Assembly: GCA_041481445.1 (NCBI GenBank)
Contig: JBGPBV010000016.1
Location: 12,432 to 76,431 of the forward strand
From: Vicinamibacteria bacterium
GTDB lineage: Bacteria; Acidobacteriota; Vicinamibacteria; Fen-336
DNA: 64,000 nt
Reading direction: 5' to 3'
A program made the translations under genes and the position numbers. Of the stretch, positions 37,613 through 48,220 are shown piece by piece. The notes beneath the pieces are model-generated. The model did not search any database and had not been told where the DNA came from. It was given only the letters and a program-made list of their open reading frames with translations. Positions within the stretch are counted from its first letter, which is position 1, and each line of letters opens with the position of its first letter.

Positions 37613-37866
37613 GGCACTCTCCTCTTCCTCTTCAGTCGGCCCGCACCAGCGGCACGTCCACGACGTGCTCGGACCGGCTGGTCCTGGACTTGCTCATGTC
37701 GACGCCTCCGTGAGAGCGACGGAAGGACACTACGATGGCGCCGGGGCCTCTGACATCACGACAAGGCATGGTTTTCGGCTACCGCTACCGGCGTATCTCG
37801 CAATACCTCGGTCGAGGTACGGAGGCCGATCGACTATCCTCGTACGCTGACTGCCCACGAAAGCCA

Positions 37867-39198
37867 ATGGTCAGGCTCCGCCTTTCCGCCCCGCTCGCCT
37901 TGCTGCTGGTCCTCGCCGCCGCGGCCTGCCGCCGGCATCCCGTGGGAGAGCCGGTGACGGTGGTGCTCCTCGACATCGGCCCGGCCAGGAACCGGGAGTA
38001 CACGGAATGGACGGAGCAGGCGCTGGAGGGCTTCCGCCGCGAGACCGGCGTCGCGGTGAAGCGGCTGCCCGCCCCGGAATCGTCGGACGAGCAGCTCGTC
38101 TTCGAACGGCAGCTCCTAGAGGGGGGCGCGACCACGCCGGACGTTTACATCATCGACGCCATCTGGCCCGGGATGCTGGTCGAGCACTTCCTCGACCTGC
38201 GGCCGCGATTGGGCAGGGAAGCCGCCCGGCACTTCCCCGCCCTCCTCGCCAACAACGTCGTCCAGGGCCGGCTGGTGGCGATGCCGTACCACGCCAACGT
38301 GGGCATCCTCTTCTACCGCACCGACCTGCTGCGCGAATACGGGTACGGCGCACCTCCGCGCACGTGGGCGGAGCTCGAAGGCATGGCGGCGGCGATCCAG
38401 AAGGGGGAGCGCGCGAAGGGCGACGACGGTTTCTGGGGCTACATGTGGCAGGGAGCGCCCTACGAAGGCCTCACCTGCAATGCCCTGGAGTGGCAGGCTT
38501 CGGACGGTGGCGGCCACATCGTCGAAGACGACGGGTCGGTCTCGGTCGACAACCCGCGAACGATCGCGGCGTGGGAGAGAGCGGCCTCCTGGGTCGGCAC
38601 CATCTCCCCGCCGGAGGTCGTCGGCTACCGCGAAGCGGAGGCGGAGGAGGCCTGGCGCGCGGGCCGGGCCGCGTTCATGCGGGCCTGGCCCTCGAACTAC
38701 CGCCCCAGCCAGGACAGCGGCTCGCGCATCCAGGGGCGGTTCGACATCACGTTCGTGCCCGCCGGCGCGCACGGGCACGCCATGGTCCTTGGCGAGAACG
38801 CGCTGGCGGTGTCGCGGTACTCGAAGCACGTCGAGGAGGCGGTGGCCCTGGTGAAGTACCTCTCGAGACGCGACGTGCAGCTCGGGCGGGCGCGCGCGAC
38901 CTCGCTCCCTCCGACCGTCCCCGATCTCTACGACGACCCGGAGGTCCAGAGGGCGAATCCCTACTACACGCCGCTGAAGCAGGTCTTCCTGGGGGGCGCG
39001 GTGTCCCGGCCGTCGTCCGTGACCGGCCACAAGTACGCGGAGGTCTCCCGCGCATACTTCCGCGCCGTCCATTCCGTCCTCACGCGCCAGCAGGAGCCCT
39101 CGGCGGCGGCGGCGGCCCTGGAGCGCGAGCTCGTCTGGATCACCGGATTCCCGGTGGCGAGGCCTCGCCCAGGCCGGAGCGCGCCCGCGACACGCTGA
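37867..39198 (+). CDS. ABC-transporter substrate-binding lipoprotein (family-1 sugar-binding type), orphan
   Basis: ATG at 37867 with lipobox MVRLRLSAPLALLLVLAAAAC. Family-1 SBP features. No adjacent permease or ATPase genes. Confidence 0.75.
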   Translation: MVRLRLSAPLALLLVLAAAACRRHPVGEPVTVVLLDIGPARNREYTEWTEQALEGFRRETGVAVKRLPAPESSDEQLVFERQLLEGGATTPDVYIIDAIWPGMLVEHFLDLRPRLGREAARHFPALLANNVVQGRLVAMPYHANVGILFYRTDLLREYGYGAPPRTWAELEGMAAAIQKGERAKGDDGFWGYMWQGAPYEGLTCNALEWQASDGGGHIVEDDGSVSVDNPRTIAAWERAASWVGTISPPEVVGYREAEAEEAWRAGRAAFMRAWPSNYRPSQDSGSRIQGRFDITFVPAGAHGHAMVLGENALAVSRYSKHVEEAVALVKYLSRRDVQLGRARATSLPPTVPDLYDDPEVQRANPYYTPLKQVFLGGAVSRPSSVTGHKYAEVSRAYFRAVHSVLTRQQEPSAAAAALERELVWITGFPVARPRPGRSAPATR

Positions 39199-39201
39199 CC
39201 C

Positions 39202-39627
39202 TCAGTCTTCGCGCGCCGCCTCCCGCCGCGCCGGGATCGTGATCTCGCGGCGCCCGAACAGCGCGGCGTCGACCGAGATCGCCCCCGGCCCGAGCAGAGC
39301 GATGGCCGCCGCCACGACGACCGGAAGGACGCCCGCCACGCCGGGGCCGAACGTGCTCGGGGTGGGCGACGGCAGCCAGGAAAGGAAGACGCCCGCGCTG
39401 GCCAGGGCGGCCAGCGCGCCCGCCACCGGGGTCAGGAGCCCGACCAGGAGGAAGGCTCCGGTGAGGGCCGAAACCACGCCGATGGCCCACGTCCCTCGCG
39501 CGGAAGCGACCGCGCCGCCGAGGCAGGCCGCGCCGTGGGAGACGAGCACGACGGCCACGCCGAATCGCAACAACAGCAGGCCGATCCCTGGCGATCCGTT
39601 CGGGAACGTCGAGAACAACCTCTGCAA
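39202..39627 (-). CDS. DoxX-family membrane protein
   Basis: 141 aa, 4 TM, DoxX-like. Confidence 0.65.
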   Translation of the reverse strand: MQRLFSTFPNGSPGIGLLLLRFGVAVVLVSHGAACLGGAVASARGTWAIGVVSALTGAFLLVGLLTPVAGALAALASAGVFLSWLPSPTPSTFGPGVAGVLPVVVAAAIALLGPGAISVDAALFGRREITIPARREAARED

Positions 39628-39682
39628 TCGGCTCTCCTCGCCGGCGCCGTCGCCAGCCCGTGCGCGGAGAGGCTACCGAAAG

Positions 39683-42600
39683 TCAGTGCCCCGCGGAATC
39701 CCCAGATCGGGGTATTTGGCGCGTCCACGATCGGGTCAGGGCCCTCAGCCAGCCGGCTGGACCGCGTGAGGACGCGGCCGGAAAGGCCACGTGCCCGGGA
39801 ACCGTGAGCTCCACTTCGGTACCGGCTCCGGGGCGGCTCCACAGCCGCAACCGGCCGCCGATCCTTTCCGACCGCTCGCGCATCCCCGAGAGTCCCCAGT
39901 GGCCGTCGCGCCCCGCGCGGAGGACCTCGGCGTCGATCCCCTTCCCGTCGTCGCGCACGAGGACACGGAGCCGGCGGGCCTCGCGTTCGACTCCGACCTC
40001 GATACGGGTCGCCCCCGAGTGCCGGAACGCGTTGATGAGCGCTTCCCGTCCGATGCGGTAGACCTCGTCGCGGATCATCGGATGCAGGCGGCGGGGCGGC
40101 CCTCCGCCGATCACGCGGAAGGCAACGTCGTCCCTCACTCCGAGCTCGTCCCGGATGCGCGAGAACGACTGCTCGAGATCGTCGAGGCTGCTCTGGGACG
40201 AGCGGAGGCCCCGCACGGCGTTCCGGCCCTCTTCGATGACCCGCTTGATCAGCTCGAGGACCCCGGCCAGGCTTCCCCTCTCGGGCGAGCCTGGCGGCAT
40301 GCGGTCCACCGCCAGGTGGAGCTGCATCGAAGCGCTCAGGAACCCCTGCAGCAGCGTGTCGTGCAGCTCCTGCGCGATGCGCGTCCGCTCGGCCAGCCGC
40401 TCCTCGAACCGGACGTTCAACTGGCGCGTCAAGCGATGGAGCCGCATCCGGTAGAGGCCGAGCAGGATCAGCGCGCCGGCCAGCGCGCTCGTCAAGCGAA
40501 ACCATCGCGTCTGCCAGACCACGGGTTCGATGTCGAATCCGAGCGCGGCCTCGGCGCCGTTCCAGAAGCCCTCGCTGTTCGAGGCCATGACTCGGAACTG
40601 GTAGGCGCCGGGCGCGAGGTTGGTGTACACGGCCTCCCGCGCGGAGAAGGGCTCGCTCCAGCCGCGATCGAATCCGTCGAGCCGATAGCGGAATCGGATC
40701 TCGTCCGGGGCGCCCAGGCTGACTCCGGAATAGCCGAGGGTGACGCGCCGCGATCCCGCGGGTATCGCGTGCGTCCCCTCCAGATCGATGAGGTTGCCGT
40801 CGGCGGACAGGGCCTCGATGCGGGCCACGACGGGAGCCGCGCTGCTGGTGGCGCGCACGGGATCGACGACGGAGAGGCCGCGGCTCATCGAGAACCAGAT
40901 CCGGCCGAACAGGTCGGCCACCACCGACCGGTGCCGGCGGGCGACCTCCGTGCTGTACAGGCCATCGGAGGGGCCGTACTCCGCCACTTCCGCGCGTCCC
41001 GGGGAGGGGTCGAGGAGCTGGTCACGCCGGGCCCGCAGCACCCGCGTCGAGGTGGCGATCCAGAGCCATCCCTGGCGGTCCTCCGCCAGCCCGAAGATCG
41101 GCTCGTGGAGCGACCCTGGCACGCCGCCCGGCACCCGGATCCCTTCCGGACCGAGCCGCGCGAGCCCGTCACCGGTCCCTATCCAGAGGCCGCCCGCGGA
41201 GTCCTCCAGGAGGCAGCTCACGTCGTCGGACGGCAATCCGTCGCGGGTCGTGAAATATCGCCAGTGACCCTTCGAGAGCGCGCCGAGGCCGCTCGGCGTG
41301 GCGAACCACGTCGTGCCGTCGGCGGTGTCCACGATCGACACGACGGTGTTGGAGACGAGGCCACTCTCGGAGTCGTAGGTCGTGAACCGGCCATCCCGGA
41401 AGCGGCTGGCGCCGCTCTCGAGCGTTCCTGCCCAGACGGTGCCGTCGCGGCTCTCGTGGACGGCGTACACCGTGTCGTCGACGAGGCCGTCCGCGGTCCG
41501 GTACGTCCGAGCCACGACGGCGCCGCCCCTGGTGACCAGGCGCGTCAGCCCGCCCGCTTTCCGGCCGACCCAGAGACCGTCCTTGCCGCCCGCGAGCGAG
41601 TAGACCACGTCCCCCGGTAGCCCGTCCGCGGTGACCTTGCCCACCCGCCCGTTGTGGAGCCAGAAGAGCCCGCCGCCCAGGGGCGCGAACCACGTGCGTC
41701 CCTCGGCGTCGACGTGGATCGGCCCGCTGCTCTCCGACGGCAGCCCTTCGGCGGGCCCGTAGGTGGTGAAGCTGGTGTCGCGGAGGCGCTCGAGGCCACG
41801 GGGAGTGCCGACCCACAGGCTCCCTTCGCGGTCTTCGAAGAGGGCGGTCACCGCGACACGGGCCGCCGGATCCTCGAAGCGGGAGACGCCGCGCGCGTTC
41901 ACGCGCAGCAGGCCCTCGGCGGTGCCGATCCAGACGTTCGACTCGCGATCCACCGTCATCGTCGACGCCACCACCCGTCGCAGACCAGGGGCGAGCCCGT
42001 CCGCGCTGATCCCGCTTCCGTTCCAGCGCACCATGCCTTTCGGCGTGGCCACCCACACGTCTCGGGCGCCCACGGCGAGCACGGCGCTGATGGTCCGATC
42101 GGGAAGTCCCTGCCTCACCGCGATGACCTGTCCCTGGACGGCACAGAAGAGGCCTTCGCCCTGCGTTCCCATCCAGATGCGGCCGTCCCCCGCTTCCGTC
42201 ATCGAGGTCACGGGAGACCGCGCGGGCAGGGAGGCGCGTGGGGCGAGGCTCTCCACGCGCTCCCCACTCCAGCGCAGGGGGCCGTTCACGATGCCGGCCA
42301 TCATCATGGTGCCGTCGGGAGCGCGCGCCATCGCGGTGATCGCATCCTCCATCGTCTCCAGGGAGGGCACGCTCTCGAACCGGCGGTCGCGATAGCGCAG
42401 GACCCGGGGCCCGCCGAGCCTGACCCACATGGTGCCGCGCCCGTCCACGGTCAGCCCCAGGACCTGGGTGATCGACGGCGACGCGGAGCCCGGCTCCGGA
42501 AAGCGGCGGAAGGCCGAGCCGTCGAAGCGGTACAGTCCCCGGTCGGTTCCGAGCCAGAGGTATCCGTCCGCGGTCTGGCTGATGGCCTGGACGGTTCCCC

Positions 42601-42754
42601 CCGGGAATCCGCGGTCGGCGCCCCAGCGTTCCCGCACGTACTGGGACATCGTCCGGTCGGGGTCGATGGCCTGGGCGGTGCCGGCGAGGCACGTCACCGC
42701 CACCGCGGCCCAGAGCCCAACCCGTCGACGCGCCGCGCCACCTCCGAGCCTCAC
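39683..42754 (-). CDS. sensor histidine kinase with periplasmic two-component-regulator beta-propeller (Y_Y_Y-type) domain, HisKA_3 and HATPase_c
   Basis: GTG start at 42754 overlaps the upstream TGA (GTGA). Signal peptide and repeated propeller blades (DG.LW.GT..GL.R). TM followed by ERLAERTRIAQELHDTLLQG (H-box), then N-box, G1 and G2 (DDGKGID, GLSGMRER). Confidence 0.8.
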   Translation of the reverse strand: MRLGGGAARRRVGLWAAVAVTCLAGTAQAIDPDRTMSQYVRERWGADRGFPGGTVQAISQTADGYLWLGTDRGLYRFDGSAFRRFPEPGSASPSITQVLGLTVDGRGTMWVRLGGPRVLRYRDRRFESVPSLETMEDAITAMARAPDGTMMMAGIVNGPLRWSGERVESLAPRASLPARSPVTSMTEAGDGRIWMGTQGEGLFCAVQGQVIAVRQGLPDRTISAVLAVGARDVWVATPKGMVRWNGSGISADGLAPGLRRVVASTMTVDRESNVWIGTAEGLLRVNARGVSRFEDPAARVAVTALFEDREGSLWVGTPRGLERLRDTSFTTYGPAEGLPSESSGPIHVDAEGRTWFAPLGGGLFWLHNGRVGKVTADGLPGDVVYSLAGGKDGLWVGRKAGGLTRLVTRGGAVVARTYRTADGLVDDTVYAVHESRDGTVWAGTLESGASRFRDGRFTTYDSESGLVSNTVVSIVDTADGTTWFATPSGLGALSKGHWRYFTTRDGLPSDDVSCLLEDSAGGLWIGTGDGLARLGPEGIRVPGGVPGSLHEPIFGLAEDRQGWLWIATSTRVLRARRDQLLDPSPGRAEVAEYGPSDGLYSTEVARRHRSVVADLFGRIWFSMSRGLSVVDPVRATSSAAPVVARIEALSADGNLIDLEGTHAIPAGSRRVTLGYSGVSLGAPDEIRFRYRLDGFDRGWSEPFSAREAVYTNLAPGAYQFRVMASNSEGFWNGAEAALGFDIEPVVWQTRWFRLTSALAGALILLGLYRMRLHRLTRQLNVRFEERLAERTRIAQELHDTLLQGFLSASMQLHLAVDRMPPGSPERGSLAGVLELIKRVIEEGRNAVRGLRSSQSSLDDLEQSFSRIRDELGVRDDVAFRVIGGGPPRRLHPMIRDEVYRIGREALINAFRHSGATRIEVGVEREARRLRVLVRDDGKGIDAEVLRAGRDGHWGLSGMRERSERIGGRLRLWSRPGAGTEVELTVPGHVAFPAASSRGPAGWLRALTRSWTRQIPRSGDSAGH

Positions 42755-43800
42755 GGGAGGTATTCGAACTTCTCGATCACGACCTCCGTCCCGCGCTCCA
42801 GGGCCCGCGCGCTCCGGCGGAAGACATAGAGGTTCATGCGCACCGTCTCGTTGCCCGGGGAGGGCACGCCCGACGTGAACGTGTGCTCGGCGACCGCCGG
42901 CGCGCGGTTCTCGGGGCCAGCCCCGCGGACGGTCCGGGCCATGAGGCGGCCGGGCTCCCAGCGGAGCCCGTGGGTCAGGACGCCCGGAGGCGCCACGAAG
43001 GGCCAGACGTTCGCGGCGACGTAATAGGGCTGGACCACGTACTGCGCGTTCTTCGCCGCCGGCTCGCCCCACCGGCTGACCTCGATGTCCATCTCGCGAT
43101 GGTTCTCGCTCGCGGCCGGTCCGTCCCAGGTGAACAGGGTCAGTACCACCGCCGGCTCCAGTTGCGACACGTCGCGCACGACGAACCGGTACGAGCCATA
43201 CCCGAGCCGGCGCGTGAGGCGCACTTCTGCGCAGGTCCAGCGCGGCGCCTCTCCCCCGATGCGGAGGTGCATCGCTCCGCTTCCGTCCGTCCAGGCGTTG
43301 GCGGGATCGTAGTCGTTGGTGCCGCCCCGGTCGCTGGGGGCGGCGCGGGCGATCCATTCGTATCCGCTGAACTGGATCGTGTGATGTTGGGCGCGCGCCG
43401 AGGGGTCACCCGGTGCGATCGTGACGGCCACGACGCCGCCGCCGGCAGGCGGCAACGTCTCCGTGGAGAGCGGCGGACGATATCCGGCATCGACGAGGAG
43501 GGCCGCGTACTCCGTCCCCAGGTGGGTGGAGCTCGTCCAGGTCGAGTCGGCACGGACCTCCGTGAACGGCTGCCGGGCCTCCGGCTGGACCCACCACACC
43601 CCGCTCTTGGCGAACAACACGATGCGCTGCCCGCGCTGCGCGCCGACCACGCGGCCTTCGATCACGTCGAGCGTGTCCGGTCCGCCCTTGTCCGCGGGCG
43701 GGATCCTCGTGAATTGGATCGAGGGCCCACCGTCGCCCTGGCGGCCGGCGCAGCCGGTCAGGAGGAGCCACGGTACGACCAGCAGGAGCCTGAGCCTCAC
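42751..43800 (-). CDS. lipoprotein: N-terminal domain of unknown function plus C-terminal GH16-like (concanavalin-type glycoside hydrolase) domain
   Basis: Lipobox LLLTGC. The N-domain is paralogous to the pseudo-sensor's periplasmic domain. The C-terminal domain has a GH16-type E-x-D-x-E catalytic motif (REMDIEVSRWG). Confidence 0.6.
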   Translation of the reverse strand: MRLRLLLVVPWLLLTGCAGRQGDGGPSIQFTRIPPADKGGPDTLDVIEGRVVGAQRGQRIVLFAKSGVWWVQPEARQPFTEVRADSTWTSSTHLGTEYAALLVDAGYRPPLSTETLPPAGGGVVAVTIAPGDPSARAQHHTIQFSGYEWIARAAPSDRGGTNDYDPANAWTDGSGAMHLRIGGEAPRWTCAEVRLTRRLGYGSYRFVVRDVSQLEPAVVLTLFTWDGPAASENHREMDIEVSRWGEPAAKNAQYVVQPYYVAANVWPFVAPPGVLTHGLRWEPGRLMARTVRGAGPENRAPAVAEHTFTSGVPSPGNETVRMNLYVFRRSARALERGTEVVIEKFEYLP

Positions 43801-43996
43801 GGGAAGTGAAGGGTCGATGGAAACTCGAAGCCGCTACAGTACCCCTTCAGCCGTGGGTTTCCAAGACTCTCGCCTCGTCGTGCCTCGCCCGCCGCGCCTC
43901 GCTACCAAGGTATCTCCCGGACATTCAGAGCGACCTCTTCTAGGATTAGCGGACGAACGTCGACGTGAAGGAGCGGCGGGCACGGAGGGCAAGGCG

Positions 43997-44869
43997 GTGA
44001 CGTCCAACAGGGTCAGCAACGATGGCATCCCCGATCACATGCCGCCGTTGCTGCGGCGGCGCCTCGAGCGTGCGGAGGCCTGGGCCGGCAACGAGAAAAC
44101 GGCGGCTCTCGTCGAGATGCCAGGTCTGGTGGCATGGGTGCATTCCGTGCCCAGCGACTCCAGTACGGGTGGCGGCGACGTCCACTACCTGTCCGTCTGC
44201 CCCAGCGGGATCGTCTCCCGGATCGCCCTTGCCGACGTGAGCGGGCACGGACAGGCCGTGATGAGCGTCGGTGAGAAGCTGCGTGAGCTCATGCTCCGAT
44301 ACCTCACGGCGCTGGAACAGGTCGGGCTCATGCGGGATCTGAGTCGAGCGGTCCGGGAAGAACTGGACGGCGTGCACTACGCCACGATGGTAGCGGTCGG
44401 ATGGCATGGCCGCCGCCGCCTGCTCGTCGTGACGAATGCGGGGCACCCCCCGCCGTGTTGGTACCGCGCGGCCCTTGGTGAATGGAGTTGGATTGGAGCG
44501 CGACACGCCAGCGAGCGAGGGCGGACGGTCGGCGTTCCCCTCGGCCTGCTCGCCGACAGCAGCTACGACCGCGCGGTACTCAAGCCCGAGATAGGCGACC
44601 TGGTGGTGCTGTACACGGACGGGGTCTTTGAAGCCTCGAACGAGGCGGGAGACGAGCTGGGTCGCGACGGGCTGATGAGGATCGCGCGCGGGTTGGACGC
44701 GAGCTCGGCCGAGGCTTTCGGAAGCCAGTTGGCGGCCGCGCTGCGCCGCTTCCGCGGACGCGCGGAACCCACCGACGATCAGACGATCATCGTCCTGCAG
44801 AGGGTGGCTCCCGAGACGTCGCCAAGTGGATCCCGGCCTGACCCACGGAAACGGGCCGCGCGGAAATAG
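43997..44869 (+). CDS. PP2C-family (SpoIIE-like) serine/threonine phosphatase, stand-alone
   Basis: A GGAGGG RBS precedes a GTG at 43997; an alternative ATG is at 44039. SpoIIE-like metal-binding motifs ALADVSGHG and YTDGVFEA. Confidence 0.7.
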   Translation: MTSNRVSNDGIPDHMPPLLRRRLERAEAWAGNEKTAALVEMPGLVAWVHSVPSDSSTGGGDVHYLSVCPSGIVSRIALADVSGHGQAVMSVGEKLRELMLRYLTALEQVGLMRDLSRAVREELDGVHYATMVAVGWHGRRRLLVVTNAGHPPPCWYRAALGEWSWIGARHASERGRTVGVPLGLLADSSYDRAVLKPEIGDLVVLYTDGVFEASNEAGDELGRDGLMRIARGLDASSAEAFGSQLAAALRRFRGRAEPTDDQTIIVLQRVAPETSPSGSRPDPRKRAARK

Positions 44870-45026
44870 CTCCCCGCCCCTCCCCCTAACGAGGTATGCG
44901 CAGGCCCCTCCATTGCGTGGGGCGGAAACGACCCGATTGCGTGATGCGCGCGCGGCGGCCGGCCCGCTAGCATCCGGCGTTCGCTGCGCAACCGGACCGC
45001 GCAGGGTTCGAGAGGAGGCAAAGAGC

Positions 45027-45698
45027 ATGACGGCCAGACCCATCGTGTTCGTCGTCGACGCCGACGTCTCCGTGCGTGAGTCCCTGGAGCTGCTGATCGA
45101 CCGCAGTGGCTGGCAGCCGAGGACGTTCGCGTCGGCGCCGGAGTTCCTGGCTCAGGCGCGTGTCCCCGCTCCGAGCTGCATGGTGCTCGACGTCGCTCTC
45201 CCGGGCCTCAGCGGCCTCCACCTGCAGAAGCTCGTCGCCGACCGGACCGACATGCCGATCATCTTCCTCACCGGCTCCGGCGACGTGGCCATGACCGTCC
45301 AGGCCATGAAGGCGGGCGCCGTGGAGTTCCTGACCAAGCCGTTCCGTCCCGACGTGCTCGTTGGCGCCATCCGCGAAGCGCTCGAGCGCAGCTGGCAGGC
45401 ACTGGCGCGGGAGACGGCGCTGAAGTCTCTCCGTGAGTCCTACGCGTCCCTCAGCCGCCGCGAACGGGAAGTGATGGCCCTGGTCGTCGCCGGGCTCCTG
45501 AACAAGCAGGTCGGGGGCGAGCTCGGCATCAGCGAGATCACCGTCAAGGCGCACCGCGGCCAGGTGATGCGGAAGATGCAGGCCGACTCCCTCGCCGCCC
45601 TGGTGAAGATGGCGGCGAGACTCGACCTTCCCGCCGCCTGGCCGGCGGAGCCGGTTCGCCCGGTCGCGGTGACCGCCTATGGCCAGTTGTCCCTGTGA
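45027..45698 (+). CDS. FixJ/LuxR-family response regulator
   Basis: A GAGGAGG RBS precedes the ATG at 45027. REC domain (IVFVVDAD...CMVLDVALPGLSG). LuxR-type HTH (SRREREVMALVVAGLLNKQVGGELGISEITVKAHR). Confidence 0.85.
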   Translation: MTARPIVFVVDADVSVRESLELLIDRSGWQPRTFASAPEFLAQARVPAPSCMVLDVALPGLSGLHLQKLVADRTDMPIIFLTGSGDVAMTVQAMKAGAVEFLTKPFRPDVLVGAIREALERSWQALARETALKSLRESYASLSRREREVMALVVAGLLNKQVGGELGISEITVKAHRGQVMRKMQADSLAALVKMAARLDLPAAWPAEPVRPVAVTAYGQLSL

Positions 45699-45716
45699 GA
45701 TGCCCTGGAGTCTGGC

Positions 45717-47081
45717 TCAGGGGCCATGGCCAGACGCGGCGAGCGGCTCTCGACGTGCCTGGGAGACATCGTGCGCCAGCGCCTTCAGGGCGTCCGCGTA
45801 GATCTCCGAGAACGTCGGGAAGGGCTGGATCACGTCTCTCAGCACATCGAGAGGCACACGGGCGCGGATGGCCAGCGTGGCCTGCTGCAGCCACTCGCCG
45901 GCCTCGGCGCCCAGCGCGTAGGCGCCGGTGAGCCGGTCGCCGTCGCTGAGCAGGGTGAGGAATCCATTGTCCTCGGCGTAGGCGCGCGAATAGGTGGCCG
46001 TCCTCGCCACCGCCGACAGGCGGGCCGTCCCGCGGAAGCGCGCCTCCGGCGCCCCCACCGCCGCCGCTTGCGGCTCCGTGAAGACCACACGCGGTACCGC
46101 TTCGTAGTGGGCCTCACGCGACTCGCCGAGGATGTTCGCGGCGACGATGTCGGCCTGGTACTTGCCGACGTGGGTCAGCAACCAGATTCCGTTGACGTCG
46201 CCGACGGCCCAGAGACGCTCACCCGCGCGCAAACGCGCGTCGACGGGGATCCCGTGTCCGTCGGCCTGGATTCCCACGTTCTCCAGACCGAGGCCGGCGA
46301 CCCGCGGGCGACGGCCCGTCGCGACGAGGAGGCGGTCGCCGCGCACCTCGCGGCCATCTCCGAGGGCCAGGACGTAGTCCTCGCCTTCGCGTCGCGCCGC
46401 CGTGACCTTCGCGCCGAGGACGAGCTCCACTCCCTCGCGACGCAGGACCGCGCCCAGCGCCTCGCCCAGCGGGGCCGGCTCCCGGGCGAGGACCCGCTCC
46501 GCACCCTCCACCACGACGACCTCACCCCCGAAACCACGGACCGCCTGCGCGATCTCGACGGCGACGGTTCCGCCGCCGAGCACGAGCAGACGGCGCGGAA
46601 CCACCTTCATGCCGGTCGCCTCGCGGCTGCCCCAGACGCCGTCGAGCTCGCGCAGGCCCGGCACCGGCGGCACGACCGGCTCCGAGCCCGTCGCGACCAC
46701 GATGTGCTCGGCGGTGTAGCGGACGCCGTTCACCTCGACCGCACCGGTGCCCGCGATCCGGCCGCGGCCGCGCAACAGGTCGATGCCCGCGCCCGCCAGC
46801 CAGCGGACCTGGCCCGCATCGGAGTAGTCCGAAACCATGACGTCGCGCCAGGCCAGCGCGGCCGGGACGTCCACCTCTGCCCTCGCCGCCGCCTCCCGCG
46901 CCGCCCGCGCCGCCTGGCCGGGACGCAGCAGCGTCTTGGAAGGGATGCACGCCCAGTAGGAGCATTCGCCTCCCACCAGCTCGCGCTCGACGACGGCCAC
47001 GCGCAGGCCGCCCTCCGCCAAGGCGCCGGCGCAGTGCTCGCCGGCCGGCCCGCCGCCGATGACGATGACGTCGTAGTGCAT
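45717..47081 (-). CDS. class-I pyridine-nucleotide-disulfide FAD oxidoreductase (dihydrolipoamide-dehydrogenase/glutathione-reductase family)
   Basis: ATG at 47081 ([15 protein letters not shown]). Redox-active [13 protein letters not shown]. Second Rossmann [13 protein letters not shown]-terminal dimerisation domain. Confidence 0.85.
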   Translation of the reverse strand: MHYDVIVIGGGPAGEHCAGALAEGGLRVAVVERELVGGECSYWACIPSKTLLRPGQAARAAREAAARAEVDVPAALAWRDVMVSDYSDAGQVRWLAGAGIDLLRGRGRIAGTGAVEVNGVRYTAEHIVVATGSEPVVPPVPGLRELDGVWGSREATGMKVVPRRLLVLGGGTVAVEIAQAVRGFGGEVVVVEGAERVLAREPAPLGEALGAVLRREGVELVLGAKVTAARREGEDYVLALGDGREVRGDRLLVATGRRPRVAGLGLENVGIQADGHGIPVDARLRAGERLWAVGDVNGIWLLTHVGKYQADIVAANILGESREAHYEAVPRVVFTEPQAAAVGAPEARFRGTARLSAVARTATYSRAYAEDNGFLTLLSDGDRLTGAYALGAEAGEWLQQATLAIRARVPLDVLRDVIQPFPTFSEIYADALKALAHDVSQARREPLAASGHGP

Positions 47082-47107
47082 GACGCCTCCTCCAGGACGC
47101 GAAGGGC

Positions 47108-48181
47108 CTAGTCGATCCGCAGGCTTTGTTCCATCGAGTAGCACTGGTCCCAGACGTAGATGTCGAAGGCGGCGAGCCTGGCCGACCACTTCGGCGTCAG
47201 CCGCTCGACGCACTGCGCCGCCACCCGGTCGATGTAGTTGTCGAAGACCGCCCACGGGTTCGACTTGTCGAGCGGATTCAAGCCCTCACCGGGCTTGGTG
47301 GTGGCCAGGGCCGTGCCCGCCGCCTGCTTCACGTCCGCATAGAATTGCGCCTGCACGTCCACGTCGGCATGGGTACCCGTACGCGCGACATGGCCTCCCA
47401 CCAGCGTGTCCCAGTCCATCTTGCGGATCTCTTCCACCTGGGCGATGGAGCGTTGTACGTCCTGAGCCACCGCGAAACGACGCCACGGCATCCAGCCCGG
47501 GAAGACCACGTCGACGACCATCAGCACCCGCTGGGCGGGCGCGGAGATGAAGATGTTGCCCGGCTCGTGTGCATTGCCGTGGTACGAGAGCTCGAGCACC
47601 TGGCTGCCGGCGCGGAGGGTATAGCGGTCGGCGAACGTCACCGTGGGCAGGGGCCGGTTCGGATCGGCCGCACGCTTGAGCAGCCGGAGGGTTTCCTCGT
47701 GCGCGATGACGACGGGATGACCGCCGAGGGCCTTGATGCCCGCGATGTGGTCGGTGTGCGAATGGCTGTAGACGACGTGCGTGATCGGCCGGTCGGTGAC
47801 CTCGGCGATGGCCTGCGGAATGTGCGCGGCGTAGCCCGGGGGCGCGTCGATCACCACGACACCGCTCTCGTACACCAGGAACATCGACTGGTACGCGCCG
47901 TCCGTGACCATGTAGAGGCCCTTGCCCAGGTCCTGGCGGCGATAACCCTTGGCGGGGTCGATGGCCGGCCCCTGGGCCGAGGCGGGCACGTCCATGTACT
48001 TGCCGATTCTCACCCCGATCGGGGCGATCGCGGGCATGCCCGGGTAGGGTTCCCCGGCTGCCCCCGGGACCACGGCCGAGTCCGCGGAAGCGGCGTTCGT
48101 CGTCGCCGCGGGTCCGTTGAGGACGGCGAGGGCCACCGCCAAGGCCAACACGCCGGCGCCGAGCTTGATCGTCGTCGTCAT
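47108..48181 (-). CDS. secreted metallo-beta-lactamase-fold hydrolase
   Basis: A GGAGGA RBS precedes the ATG at 48181. Signal peptide. HSHTDH zinc motif. Confidence 0.8.
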   Translation of the reverse strand: MTTTIKLGAGVLALAVALAVLNGPAATTNAASADSAVVPGAAGEPYPGMPAIAPIGVRIGKYMDVPASAQGPAIDPAKGYRRQDLGKGLYMVTDGAYQSMFLVYESGVVVIDAPPGYAAHIPQAIAEVTDRPITHVVYSHSHTDHIAGIKALGGHPVVIAHEETLRLLKRAADPNRPLPTVTFADRYTLRAGSQVLELSYHGNAHEPGNIFISAPAQRVLMVVDVVFPGWMPWRRFAVAQDVQRSIAQVEEIRKMDWDTLVGGHVARTGTHADVDVQAQFYADVKQAAGTALATTKPGEGLNPLDKSNPWAVFDNYIDRVAAQCVERLTPKWSARLAAFDIYVWDQCYSMEQSLRID

Positions 48182-48220
48182 GTGATCCTCCATTCTGGAC
48201 GCCTGCGCGATCTGACCACA

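Noticed and set aside
26135-43771. Matching plus-strand ORFs 26135..26329 and 43421..(MTATTPPPAGG...) with similar peptides
   Set aside because: They are antisense translations of the paralogous periplasmic domain shared by the pseudo-sensor and the GH16 lipoprotein. They are not genes.
45717-47081. Considered mercuric reductase (MerA), given a MerB-like gene elsewhere in the window
   Set aside because: No N-terminal heavy-metal-associated domain and no C-terminal Cys pair. It fits a generic class-I disulfide oxidoreductase, and it is 13 kb from the MerB-like pseudogene.
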